DNA of 62,237 nt, filler included. It is 7 parts of 7 records of this genome, joined end to end, with 100 filler letters (N's around TTAATTAATTAA, not from the genome) between each part and the next. Parts side by side here need not be neighbours in the genome. Positions count along the whole stretch, not along the records: positions 1 to 6,875 come from SRR31147125_26957; positions 6,976 to 15,635 come from SRR31147125_26984; 5 more parts are not named here. One strand, given 5' to 3'. Shown in pieces: positions 1 to 8,595 of this stretch; the stretch's first letter is position 1; each line of letters begins with the position of its first letter. The position numbers were made by a program, and so were the translations under genes. The notes beneath the pieces were generated by a model, which was not told the origin of the DNA, made no database searches, and saw nothing but the letters and a program-made list of their open reading frames with translations.

Positions 1-37
1 CCGTTTGCCCTCCGGGGAAAGGTGAATGTAAAATATT

Positions 38-2476
38 TTATCTCTTCATTACCATCACTTCATCAACTGTCAGTGTACAAGCTCCAAACTGTTCATCCAC
101 TTTTCCTGTTATGATATATGGATGATTGCGGTCAAGTATCGAACAAAATTTTCGGTATACTCTGGGAAAAAAGGTAGTTTCGATTATTCCGGTCTCATCC
201 TCAAACGTGATGAACTCCATTGGATCTCCCTTGTAGGTTGATACAACTTTGCCTGTTATCAGCAATCCAGCAACCTTCACTTGTTTCCCAGCGTAACGGT
301 TCAAATCTTTGGCTTTGATGATTCTCCGGTGTCTAAGGGTATCTGCAAACAACTCCATCGGATGCCTGTCACACAAGAAACCAAGAGCTGTAAATTCACG
401 TCTGAGACATTCTATTTTGTTTTCAGGTGGGAAGGCTGGTACTTTTGGTTCTGATTCTGAATCTCGTTTGCAGAACAAGTCCCCCTGTTTCTTTGTCTTA
501 CCTTGACCCTTTTTCCATACAGCCACCTCCCACAATAGGACTGGCCGTGGTATCTCAGGATGTAGAGCATCAAAAGCACCGGCATGTATCATGGAACGGA
601 CTTCCTCCTCATCAGGACTAACTCGACCAAGAAAGTCTTTCAGGTTCTGATATGGGTGAGATTTTCTTTCGGTGATAATCCTAGCCTGTGTATCGGCACT
701 CAGGTGTTTGATGTTCATCAGGCCAACCCTCATAGCATTACTGCTGGCAGTCCATCGGCTGTTACTCTCGTTTACATCCGGTGGCAGAATCTCCACTCCC
801 ATTCTTCTGGCCTCTGACACGTAAGCAAAGGTAGAGTAAAATCCACCCTGATTGGAAATCACTGCTGCCATGAAAGCTTCCGGATAATGTGTCTTTAAAT
901 ATGCCGCCTGAAATGAAACCCTGATATAACTAGCCGAATGAGGCTTGCAAAAGGAGTAGCCATCAAAAGACAATATCATGTCCCAGACCTGCTCAATCTG
1001 TTTATCAGTCACACCTTTTTCTCTGGAGCCTTGTGCAAAACGGTTGAAGTAATCCATCAGTTTTCGGACCTTGTCCTTGCGACTCATGACTTTTCGTAAA
1101 CCATCTGCATCGGCATGAGAAAAACCAGCCAGAGCCACAGCAGCAAGTGAGACATGTTCCTGATACACCATGATGCCGTAGGTTTCATCCAAGACCCCTT
1201 CAAGCAAGGGATGAATAGCTTCCCACGGTTCACCTTTCAGTCTGGCAAGGTATTCGTTTATCCAGCGGTTAGCGGCAGGGCGAATAATGGATGTGTGAAT
1301 CACCATGTGTTCATAGTCCCCAATACCTGATTTTTTCTGTAGCAGCTTGGTTGCAGGGGACTCTATGTAAAAACAACCCATTGTTTCACCATTTGAGACA
1401 CGGCTTTGTGTAGTACGGTCGTCCTCTGGTTCCCAATGAGTTTCGTTAAAGGTTTCACCACTGCTTTTTACTGTTTGGATGGCATCACGAATGACACCCA
1501 GACTACGATTGCCAAGCAGGTCAATTTTCAAAAGGCCGCTGTCTTCAGTACCGTCTTTCTCCCATTGAATGATCGGAACACCTTTGGGAGCTATTTCAAC
1601 TGGAACGTAATCAGTAATAGGCTGAGGAGTGATCACCACACCACCAGAATGTACAGACAGATTTCGGGGAGTGCCGATCAGTTTCTGAGCGTACCGTAAG
1701 ATCTCCGGCCACGGTTCCGGGAAATCCAGTTCTTTCAGTTGGGGCAGAGCTTTCAGGCGAGTCAGCAAGGCATCCTCGTCCGTTCCATCCATAACATTCC
1801 AGAACCATGGCAGCCGTTTGGAGATCTGCCCGATTTCACGGTCCGTCAGGCCGTAAACCTTGGCAATCTCACGAATAGCAGAACGAGGTTGCAACAACAC
1901 ATGATTGCAAACCATCGCTGCATGGCCTTTGTACTTTTCCAAGACGGCCAGTTGTACATCGTCCCGTTCGTCCCATGCAAAATCAACATCAATATCGGGA
2001 GCATCTTTTCTGCCAGGGTTCAGGAATCGCTCAAAATACAGATTGTATTTAAGTGGGCAGACGTTGGTAATTCCCAGACAATAAGCCACTATAGAGGCAG
2101 CTCCAGAACCACGCCCACAAATTCGGGGGCTGTGCTTAACGATATCTTGCACAATTAGGAAATAGGCAGAGAAACCCTTGTCACGAATGGCTGTAAGTTC
2201 ATAGTCCAGACGTTGTATCACTGCACTAGAGAGATTACTGCCGTAACGTGTACGTGCCCCTTCATAGGCTGCAGTACGAAGCTCCAGAGATGATTCAGCT
2301 TCGCTCTGTTCATTCCAGCTTGGCAGCACAAGACCAAATTCAGGACCAGTGAATTCCAGTCGTTCTGCAAGTTTGTAACTTTGCCTGATAGCATCCGGCC
2401 AGACATCAAAACGGCGGATGTACTCCATTGACGGAACCAGCCATGCATTATCAGGGGCAATATCTTTCTGTGTCAA
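38..2476 (-). CDS. dnaE2: Error-prone DNA polymerase III alpha-like subunit (DnaE2-like), C-terminal part: polymerase core, HhH, OB fold. One gene with 2451-3044, split by a frameshift near 2547
   Basis: GRGSGAASIVAYCLGIT, FERFLNP, PDIDVDF and KIDLLG catalytic motifs, YSFCKPHS, C-terminal OB (FITFEDETG), clamp-like QGDLF. This frame stays open upstream as FTKPEDYTVHRFQRAIALNTSL. Confidence 0.9.
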   Translation of the reverse strand: MTQKDIAPDNAWLVPSMEYIRRFDVWPDAIRQSYKLAERLEFTGPEFGLVLPSWNEQSEAESSLELRTAAYEGARTRYGSNLSSAVIQRLDYELTAIRDKGFSAYFLIVQDIVKHSPRICGRGSGAASIVAYCLGITNVCPLKYNLYFERFLNPGRKDAPDIDVDFAWDERDDVQLAVLEKYKGHAAMVCNHVLLQPRSAIREIAKVYGLTDREIGQISKRLPWFWNVMDGTDEDALLTRLKALPQLKELDFPEPWPEILRYAQKLIGTPRNLSVHSGGVVITPQPITDYVPVEIAPKGVPIIQWEKDGTEDSGLLKIDLLGNRSLGVIRDAIQTVKSSGETFNETHWEPEDDRTTQSRVSNGETMGCFYIESPATKLLQKKSGIGDYEHMVIHTSIIRPAANRWINEYLARLKGEPWEAIHPLLEGVLDETYGIMVYQEHVSLAAVALAGFSHADADGLRKVMSRKDKVRKLMDYFNRFAQGSREKGVTDKQIEQVWDMILSFDGYSFCKPHSASYIRVSFQAAYLKTHYPEAFMAAVISNQGGFYSTFAYVSEARRMGVEILPPDVNESNSRWTASSNAMRVGLMNIKHLSADTQARIITERKSHPYQNLKDFLGRVSPDEEEVRSMIHAGAFDALHPEIPRPVLLWEVAVWKKGQGKTKKQGDLFCKRDSESEPKVPAFPPENKIECLRREFTALGFLCDRHPMELFADTLRHRRIIKAKDLNRYAGKQVKVAGLLITGKVVSTYKGDPMEFITFEDETGIIETTFFPRVYRKFCSILDRNHPYIITGKVDEQFGACTLTVDEVMVMKR

Positions 2477-3044
2477 TCGGGACAGGGAGGTATTCAGGGC
2501 AATGGCACGTTGAAAGCGGTGGACTGTGTAGTCCTCCGGTTTGGTAAAAGCTTCCCGGTGTAGCTACAGATGTAACATCAAGCTCTTTCGCTAACAGACG
2601 CAGCTTTAGTCCACGGCCAGTGGGCTTGCGAGGCAGGGCGACAGATATGGACACCTCGCAATCCCTAAGATGACGCAGTAATGATTCGGACTGCGTTAAT
2701 ACTTGTAAGCCATCGGACAAATCCGGCAGCTTATTTTTTAATGTGAAATTATCATCACAGTGTCGGTCGGTTATCAAACGGCAAAGATTACTATAGCCTG
2801 TCATGTTTTCTACCAGACAAATTGCCCGTTCATTGCCATGAGGATCGGTTAACTCAGCCCCAACAATGGGTGTAACGCCTTCACGTTTACAGGCGTGTAA
2901 GAATGGCCAAAGTCCATACAGGTTGTCTGTGTCGGTTAGAGCCAACCTGTCATAACCACAACGTTTGGCAGTTTTGACTAACTCTTCCGGCGAAGCTGTC
3001 CCCCACATCATCGAATAATGTGAGCGGGTTGTAAGGGGAATCAT
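2451..3044 (-). CDS. dnaE2: DnaE N-terminal PHP domain (5' fragment of the frameshifted dnaE2-like gene)
   Basis: TRSHYS...LALTDTDNLYG...PIVGAEL...GYSNLCRLIT PHP pattern; ATG overlaps the stop of the upstream gene (ATGA, 3041-3044). Confidence 0.88.
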   Translation of the reverse strand: MIPLTTRSHYSMMWGTASPEELVKTAKRCGYDRLALTDTDNLYGLWPFLHACKREGVTPIVGAELTDPHGNERAICLVENMTGYSNLCRLITDRHCDDNFTLKNKLPDLSDGLQVLTQSESLLRHLRDCEVSISVALPRKPTGRGLKLRLLAKELDVTSVATPGSFYQTGGLHSPPLSTCHCPEYLPVPIDTERYCP

Positions 3045-4351
3045 TGTCTTGGTTCTTGTGTCTGAGATCTGGGGACTGATGTTTTAGGTGCTGGGGTCTT
3101 GGTTATTGGGGTTGGGGGATTGCAAGAATGGAAGTCGGTGGATGAAGCCAGTCCCAAATCCCTAGCCCCCAATCCCGATAGTGTTCGTCCCATGTTGACG
3201 GCAGAGAACCCGAAACGGTTACGAATGTTATCCATTGCCACAATAAGGTTGCTTTTGTCGTCGTCCTCTTTTCTTACATCTTCAAACAAATCCAGTTGAG
3301 GAACAGGTGGGAAAGTCAGACGGTCAACCTTGACTCTAAGATGACGAATCCGTACCCGCCTCATCCAAACCTTTTGTAAAAGCTCTCTGGCTACATCAAA
3401 CAGATGAAAGTCATCAGCAGTAGCAGGACGTAAAACAAGGTAACGAAAGATTCGTTTGCCATCTGAATAATCCAATCCGACCATAAGCCTTTTTGCTGCC
3501 AGTTGACGGTTACGAAGCTCTGAACCAACTCGTTCCACCAGTGAATATAGGATACCCTCAATTATTTGTACATCGTTGGTGTCGTTGCCAAAATGATAGT
3601 CCATCACGACTTGCGGGGCTTTGCTACCTACTGGCAAGACAGGAGAATCGTCCAACCCTCTCAGAATGGAATGAACATGGTGATGACGTTTTCCAAACAG
3701 AATTTCAAGCTGTTCAGACTCAAGATTGGCTGCTTCTCCAACACGATAAATATTCAACTCACGAAACCGAACAATGTCACGACGTTCCAGGCCTGGAATT
3801 AAGAACAAAGGTAAAGGATGCAGCAGGTCTTTGGCTTCATCACCAAGAACGATCCGTTCCCCTGTAGGCTTGACCAAACGTGAGGCAACCTTGGCCAATA
3901 GCTTATTAGACGCAACTGTCCAGATGGGGTCAAAGCCGATATCATCCTTAAAGGTTTGTCGAATCTTGCAACCAATATCCTCAGCTTTTCCATGCAAACG
4001 GGACGTTCCACTCAAGTCCACAAACAAATGCCCCTGTGTGTCCGTCTGTTCTATCAGTGGAGAATACGGCAAGGTAAGCTTGAGCATTTCCTTCATGGCT
4101 CGTTCGTAACGGTCAACATGTGGTGGCAGCACCACAGCATCATGACACCGCCTCAATGCCCGTTGCAGTGGCATTCCCTTTCTTACACCTGACTTGTAGG
4201 CTTCCTCACTATGGTCAAACACTGCTGCTCTGGTAGCTCCTTCAGGGGCAACAATTACAGGACGACCCCGTAGCCGGGTGTCCACCAACCTTTCCACCTC
4301 CACTGCAAAGTCGGCTACGTTCAGATGTAGAATATCTCGTGCCGCATCCAT
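3041..4351 (-). CDS. Y-family DNA polymerase-like protein (DinB/ImuB fold), apparently catalytically inactive
   Basis: LRGRPVIV, GVRKGMPL, NKLLAKVASRLVKPTG, little-finger region and QLDLF clamp motif; catalytic acidic residues replaced (HLNVADF; DTQGHLFVDL). Confidence 0.88.
   Translation of the reverse strand: MDAARDILHLNVADFAVEVERLVDTRLRGRPVIVAPEGATRAAVFDHSEEAYKSGVRKGMPLQRALRRCHDAVVLPPHVDRYERAMKEMLKLTLPYSPLIEQTDTQGHLFVDLSGTSRLHGKAEDIGCKIRQTFKDDIGFDPIWTVASNKLLAKVASRLVKPTGERIVLGDEAKDLLHPLPLFLIPGLERRDIVRFRELNIYRVGEAANLESEQLEILFGKRHHHVHSILRGLDDSPVLPVGSKAPQVVMDYHFGNDTNDVQIIEGILYSLVERVGSELRNRQLAAKRLMVGLDYSDGKRIFRYLVLRPATADDFHLFDVARELLQKVWMRRVRIRHLRVKVDRLTFPPVPQLDLFEDVRKEDDDKSNLIVAMDNIRNRFGFSAVNMGRTLSGLGARDLGLASSTDFHSCNPPTPITKTPAPKTSVPRSQTQEPRQ
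3044..3176. repeat. Degenerate heptamer tandem array (~11 units) facing 4 reverse-complement units
   Basis: gggactg/ggtgctg/gggtctt/ggttatt/ggggttg/ggggatt at 3044-3121, then cagtccc-aaatccc-tagcccc-caatccc at 3149-3176. Confidence 0.6.
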
Positions 4352-4353
4352 CA

Positions 4354-5175
4354 CTAGCTTCCAGCCCCCAACAACTTAACTAGTTGCTTAGCATTTTTGG
4401 GGGCTTGACCAGATACATGATTGTTGAAAAATACAGCTGCCTTTTGGGTTCGCTGCATCATACGATCGATAATCTCGACCCAGGGTTCAAGTTCTTCTTC
4501 CGAATAGTTGTAGCCGAAAGGATGCATATTCGGTTTATTCAACCAGCCATCAGCATTACGTCCATGAAAACGGATGTAGGTCAGGTCAGGATTTGTCACA
4601 ACATCCAGTGTTGGAAACAGGTGTGATAATCTAGGTTCATCAACAGCTACTAGAGTGACCTTACGTTTTTCAAGCTCGGCAAAAACTTTGTCATTAGCCC
4701 ATGAATTATGCCTGAATTCTACCGCCAAAGGTAAACCATCGAGATGATCGAGTAAAGATGCAAGATACTTCCTCTTTGATAAAGACCGGTCGAATGAAGG
4801 TGGCAATTGAATTAACACCGCCACCAACTGACCACTTTGCATCATGGGAGCTACTGCGTCTCGATATCTTACGATATTTTCCTTCCAGATTTTGGTATCG
4901 ACTTCATGAGTAAGGGTATTAGTCAATTTGGCGGTAAACAAAAAGTTTGGTGGAGCTTGCTTCCGTTGTCGGTCAATCAACTCAGGTGTAGGCATCCTGT
5001 ACCACGTGTAATTAAGCTCTACGATGGGAAACTGCTCTGCATAGCAACCTAGCATTTCGGCTTGTTTTGTCGCTGGAGGATACACTCCGGCCTCGATCCA
5101 TTCACGGTACGAATAGCCACTGCAACCAATTAGCAGGTTTGAGTGGGCAGAATTTGAATTTCGGGGCGGACACAT
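4354..5175 (-). CDS. DUF72 (YecE-like) TIM-barrel protein
   Basis: IGCSGYSY.EW, VELNYTWY, QLPPSF, AVEFRHNSW, YIRFHGRN and FFNNH motifs typical of DUF72. Confidence 0.9.
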   Translation of the reverse strand: MCPPRNSNSAHSNLLIGCSGYSYREWIEAGVYPPATKQAEMLGCYAEQFPIVELNYTWYRMPTPELIDRQRKQAPPNFLFTAKLTNTLTHEVDTKIWKENIVRYRDAVAPMMQSGQLVAVLIQLPPSFDRSLSKRKYLASLLDHLDGLPLAVEFRHNSWANDKVFAELEKRKVTLVAVDEPRLSHLFPTLDVVTNPDLTYIRFHGRNADGWLNKPNMHPFGYNYSEEELEPWVEIIDRMMQRTQKAAVFFNNHVSGQAPKNAKQLVKLLGAGS

Positions 5176-5184
5176 AATGCTTCC

Positions 5185-5781
5185 TCACAGATGACGACGT
5201 ACTTCGATGATTTTACCCAGCAATTGGGCATCTTCGGGTTTCAGGATAATAGTGTCGAAATCAGGGTTTTCCGGATGGAGTTCGATATGCTTTTTGTGCT
5301 TTTGTAACCGTTTTACGGTAGCTTCGTCACCTATTAGAGCTGCCACAATATCGCCGTTATTAGCATCGGATTGGGGGCGGACAATCACCAAATCACCAGC
5401 CAGAATACCGGCATCTTTCATGCTGTCACCACGAACTCGCAAGGCAAAGGTGTCTTCATGAAGACCTTCTTCTGAAATGGGAATGGTGCCTTCAATGTCT
5501 TCCACAGCCAAAATGGGTAGACCAGCCTGAATTTGCCCCATGATGGGTACATGATGGATTGGTGGTCTACCATCCTTTTGTTCAGGCAGACGAAAGCCTC
5601 TTGAAATGCCTTTGAGCTTCAGAATCAGGCCATCGCTCACCAGCTTATCAAGATGCTGACGGGCTGATGCTGAACTCCTGAATCCGAACTGTGACTGAAC
5701 CTCCCGAACCGTGGGTGGTGTACCAGCAAGGATTTGTTCACGAACAAAACTATAAACCTTTTCACGAGTAGATAATGCCAT
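5185..5781 (-). CDS. lexA: LexA SOS repressor
   Basis: wHTH (PPTVREV...FGFRS), Ala-Gly cleavage site (GQIQAGLP), Ser (GDSM) and Lys (ATVKRL) dyad; ATG at 5781 has an AGGAGG RBS, so the true start is downstream of the ORF-track start. Confidence 0.95.
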   Translation of the reverse strand: MALSTREKVYSFVREQILAGTPPTVREVQSQFGFRSSASARQHLDKLVSDGLILKLKGISRGFRLPEQKDGRPPIHHVPIMGQIQAGLPILAVEDIEGTIPISEEGLHEDTFALRVRGDSMKDAGILAGDLVIVRPQSDANNGDIVAALIGDEATVKRLQKHKKHIELHPENPDFDTIILKPEDAQLLGKIIEVRRHL

Positions 5782-5803
5782 ATCAAACCTCCTGAAACCA
5801 TCA

Positions 5804-5828
5804 AAACACACATTTGTGTGTTTGTCAA
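5804..5828 (-). promoter_or_regulatory. lexA promoter (-35 TTGACA) with an overlapping perfect inverted repeat; candidate LexA operator
   Basis: AAACACACA-TT-TGTGTGTTT at 5804-5823; TTGACA at 5828-5823 on the minus strand, then 17 nt, then a weak TTTGAT -10. Confidence 0.7.
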
Positions 5829-6039
5829 GATCAGGTTCATTAACCTGTTGCACAATCCGTCATTGGTTAAAAGCATTGATATTTCCTACTAAACATACCC
5901 AACCAATATGTAATCATGAAGATTCTCTGTACATATTTTGACTTTACTGAATAACATGTATAGCATACCAGTCATAAATAAGTGATTCTAAATCTGAGAA
6001 GATAATTCCTTTTCACTATTTTGTGAGGGCTTTAAAAGC

Positions 6040-6875
6040 ATGAGTAATGTTTTCCGTCTTATTGTTGTAATATTGTTTGTTTGTTTCGTAATGTCATGTG
6101 CTTCGGATGTTAGTCCGGGTTCATTTAGCCTCAGTTTTGTTTGGGATGATCCACCACCTGCGGACAAGTCAGCTTTGGGTATTTGGGGCAAAGTCGAGCA
6201 GGATGGACTTCAGGTCGCTATCAGCAAGATCAAGCCTTATGCAAATGGAGCGGCACTAGACTTTAACAATGTTCCGAATGGCTCTGGTTTGGTAGTTACA
6301 ATCGAAATCCGCGAAAACACTAAATCAGATGGACGAACTTTATATTTCGGTAAATCTAAACCTTTCGAGCTTAAAGCAGGTGAACACACCTCAGTTGAAG
6401 TTGCTTTATCCCTTACTTCCACTCCAACTACCTCTGTCGATATTGATGGTGATACAGATAGTGAATCTGACGGAGGAACTCCTGTTGATCGTGCTTCTGT
6501 CTGGATTGTTACAAAAGATAATGATGGCAAGTTTCAGAAAGTTGATTATACCAACAATATTGAAGTGGCATTATCGTTAGCCAAACCCAACCACTGCGAT
6601 GATCCTTGTACTGTGATTGTATCGAATACATCCGATTTCACTTCCCTTGTTTCCACATTGCCTTTACTGAAGGATTTGGATACAGATGGTGAACGTTACA
6701 TCTTATCAAGCTGGGATCTTAATTTAGGAGTACCTGATAATGAGGGAGTCAGGACGGTTTATGCAAAGTTTCGTAACGAGTATGACTACGAATCAGGGGC
6801 AGAAACCGCTCAAGTGGTTATAGATCGTCAACCTCCTGATGTAGCGTCAGGAGCAGTTTCACCTGCTTATACCAA
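6040..6875 (+). CDS. Putative large lipoprotein/surface protein, truncated at contig end
   Basis: Signal peptide ending VMS-C; beta-rich sequence with W.L....G.RTVYAKFRN and IDRQPP Ig-like motifs. Confidence 0.6.
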
Positions 6876-6975
6876 NNNNNNNNNNNNNNNNNNNNNNNNN
6901 NNNNNNNNNNNNNNNNNNNTTAATTAATTAANNNNNNNNNNNNNNNNNNNNNNNNNNNNNNNNNNNNNNNNNNNN
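6876..6975. other. Artificial contig spacer
   Basis: 44 N + TTAATTAATTAA (stops in all six frames) + 44 N. Confidence 0.99.
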
Positions 6976-7072
6976 GCCTCCTTCGAAATGACAACTCCTA
7001 TTTTTATGTCATTGCCTCATTATGCAAAAAATGTATAAACTCTGGAAATGACAAGGAATTCAGGTGAAAAAA

Positions 7073-7447
7073 TTAATCCAGTTTTTTAATTATTTTGTCA
7101 TGATTCCACCCTAACGGGGTCTCAATTTCATACGTTTCAACATTATTAAGAATTGCAAACTGTTCAGAAGAAATACCAGAACCTGAAAAAGTGGTCTTAT
7201 TAATTCTAATATTTTCCACGTCATCGGCAATAATCGGGGTGCGTAAATCACTTTCGTTATGCCCAAACATTAGGTTATTAATTGCAATGTTTTTCACATG
7301 TCGTATAAAAAGAACAGAAGAAGGCAGGTTGCCCCAAACAGTAGGTTGCGGATAGCCTTTTTCATCTTCCGAAACTCCACTTAAATCAGGAATAAAATCA
7401 CCATCGTGTAACCCACCATTGTTGAACAACTGGCAATTCGTAAGCAT
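7073..7447 (-). CDS. C-terminal fragment of the GH28-like protein (frameshift near 7492)
   Basis: YPQPTVWGNLPSSVLFIRHVKNI tail; one extra T at AATTTTCG joins it in frame with 7447-8583. Confidence 0.75.
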   Translation of the reverse strand: MLTNCQLFNNGGLHDGDFIPDLSGVSEDEKGYPQPTVWGNLPSSVLFIRHVKNIAINNLMFGHNESDLRTPIIADDVENIRINKTTFSGSGISSEQFAILNNVETYEIETPLGWNHDKIIKKLD

Positions 7448-8583
7448 TATATTTTCGATATAATATCCGGGAATTGCAGTAATTGAGCTCGAAAATTGCC
7501 GGTATTGCGGGCCACAATATTGCTGATATTTATGTTTCGCATTTTCCCAACTTTTGGTTCAGGTGCACTTTCGGTATGCTTTCTGGCGCGGTTTCCCAGC
7601 CTAATGTACAGCGGGCATTCAGTACCCTCAATTGTAATATTGTTAATGCTAACGCCTTCCATAGTTCCTCCGTCAACAATTTCCAAAGATATTCCAGTAA
7701 TACCGTTTGGTGGCGTGTCGAAAAACGGTTTTGTTTTGCTACGACTGGGTTTTATAACGCAATTGCTAATGCTGATATTTTTAAATCCTCCGGTTGATTC
7801 GGTTCCTGCTTTTATGGCATTACAAAAACTCGACACAATACAATTCGTAATCACAACATCTTCGGTAGCAGCTGCTCCGGTGCTTTTTAAAGTTATGCCG
7901 TCATCATCCGAATCAAAAATAGAATTTGAAAGTACAAATCTCCGGCATCCGTCAATATCAATGGCATCATTATTCCGGTTCGAATGGTTGTAAACCTCTA
8001 CCCTGTTTACAATTACATCTTCGCAATTCAAATAGTGCTGATTCCAAATCCCGGAATTCATCATTTTTATTCCTTCCACCCGCACATTTTTACAGGAAAT
8101 GAACAGGATATTGCGTGGACGTCCATCGCGGTCGCTGCCAAGAAGTTCCGGCACCGGTTTTTGTTGTGCTCCGTTTCCGTCGATAGTTCCCAGTCCGGTT
8201 GTGGCAATATTCGATGCTCCTTCAGCATAAATAAGGGCAAACCATCCACCAGGATCTTTTTGCGAACGGTACTCGGGTTGCGGTTGCCTCGGAAAATCGG
8301 CATGGTCGGTGCTGGCCAGCAAAACTGCCCCCATTTCGAGGTGCAATTCAACATTGTCTTTCAGTAAAACTGTTCCGCTTTTAAATGTACCCGGAGGAAT
8401 AACTACTTTCCCGCCTCCATTTTCGTTACAAGTTGTAATGGCCTGGTTTATGGTTTTGGTACAGAGGGTTTGCCCATCAGCAACAGCTCCAAAATCAAGA
8501 ATATTATAAACGGATTTTTGGCTTGCAAAAACTGAAAAACTCAAAATTATCAGTAAAACCGAGGAGATTATTTTTCTAATCAT
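7447..8583 (-). CDS. Glycoside hydrolase family 28 / pectin-lyase-fold (polygalacturonase-like) protein
   Basis: Signal peptide, YNILDFGAVADG, NNDAIDID and SDDDGITLKS motifs, beta-helix repeats. Confidence 0.88.
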   Translation of the reverse strand: MIRKIISSVLLIILSFSVFASQKSVYNILDFGAVADGQTLCTKTINQAITTCNENGGGKVVIPPGTFKSGTVLLKDNVELHLEMGAVLLASTDHADFPRQPQPEYRSQKDPGGWFALIYAEGASNIATTGLGTIDGNGAQQKPVPELLGSDRDGRPRNILFISCKNVRVEGIKMMNSGIWNQHYLNCEDVIVNRVEVYNHSNRNNDAIDIDGCRRFVLSNSIFDSDDDGITLKSTGAAATEDVVITNCIVSSFCNAIKAGTESTGGFKNISISNCVIKPSRSKTKPFFDTPPNGITGISLEIVDGGTMEGVSINNITIEGTECPLYIRLGNRARKHTESAPEPKVGKMRNINISNIVARNTGNFRAQLLQFPDIISKI

Positions 8584-8595
8584 AGTATTAATATT

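Noticed and set aside
2540-2552. Possible programmed frameshift in dnaE2
   Set aside because: The break is in a T4 run. Similar homopolymer breaks occur in GH28 (~7492), GH78 (~12927), nqrB (~24725) and nqrF (~28912) on other contigs, which points to sequencing error; raw reads would settle it.
6976-7060. GAAATGACAA repeated twice with TGTCAT at the contig edge
   Set aside because: Possibly a REP-like fragment, but cut by the contig end and too short to call.
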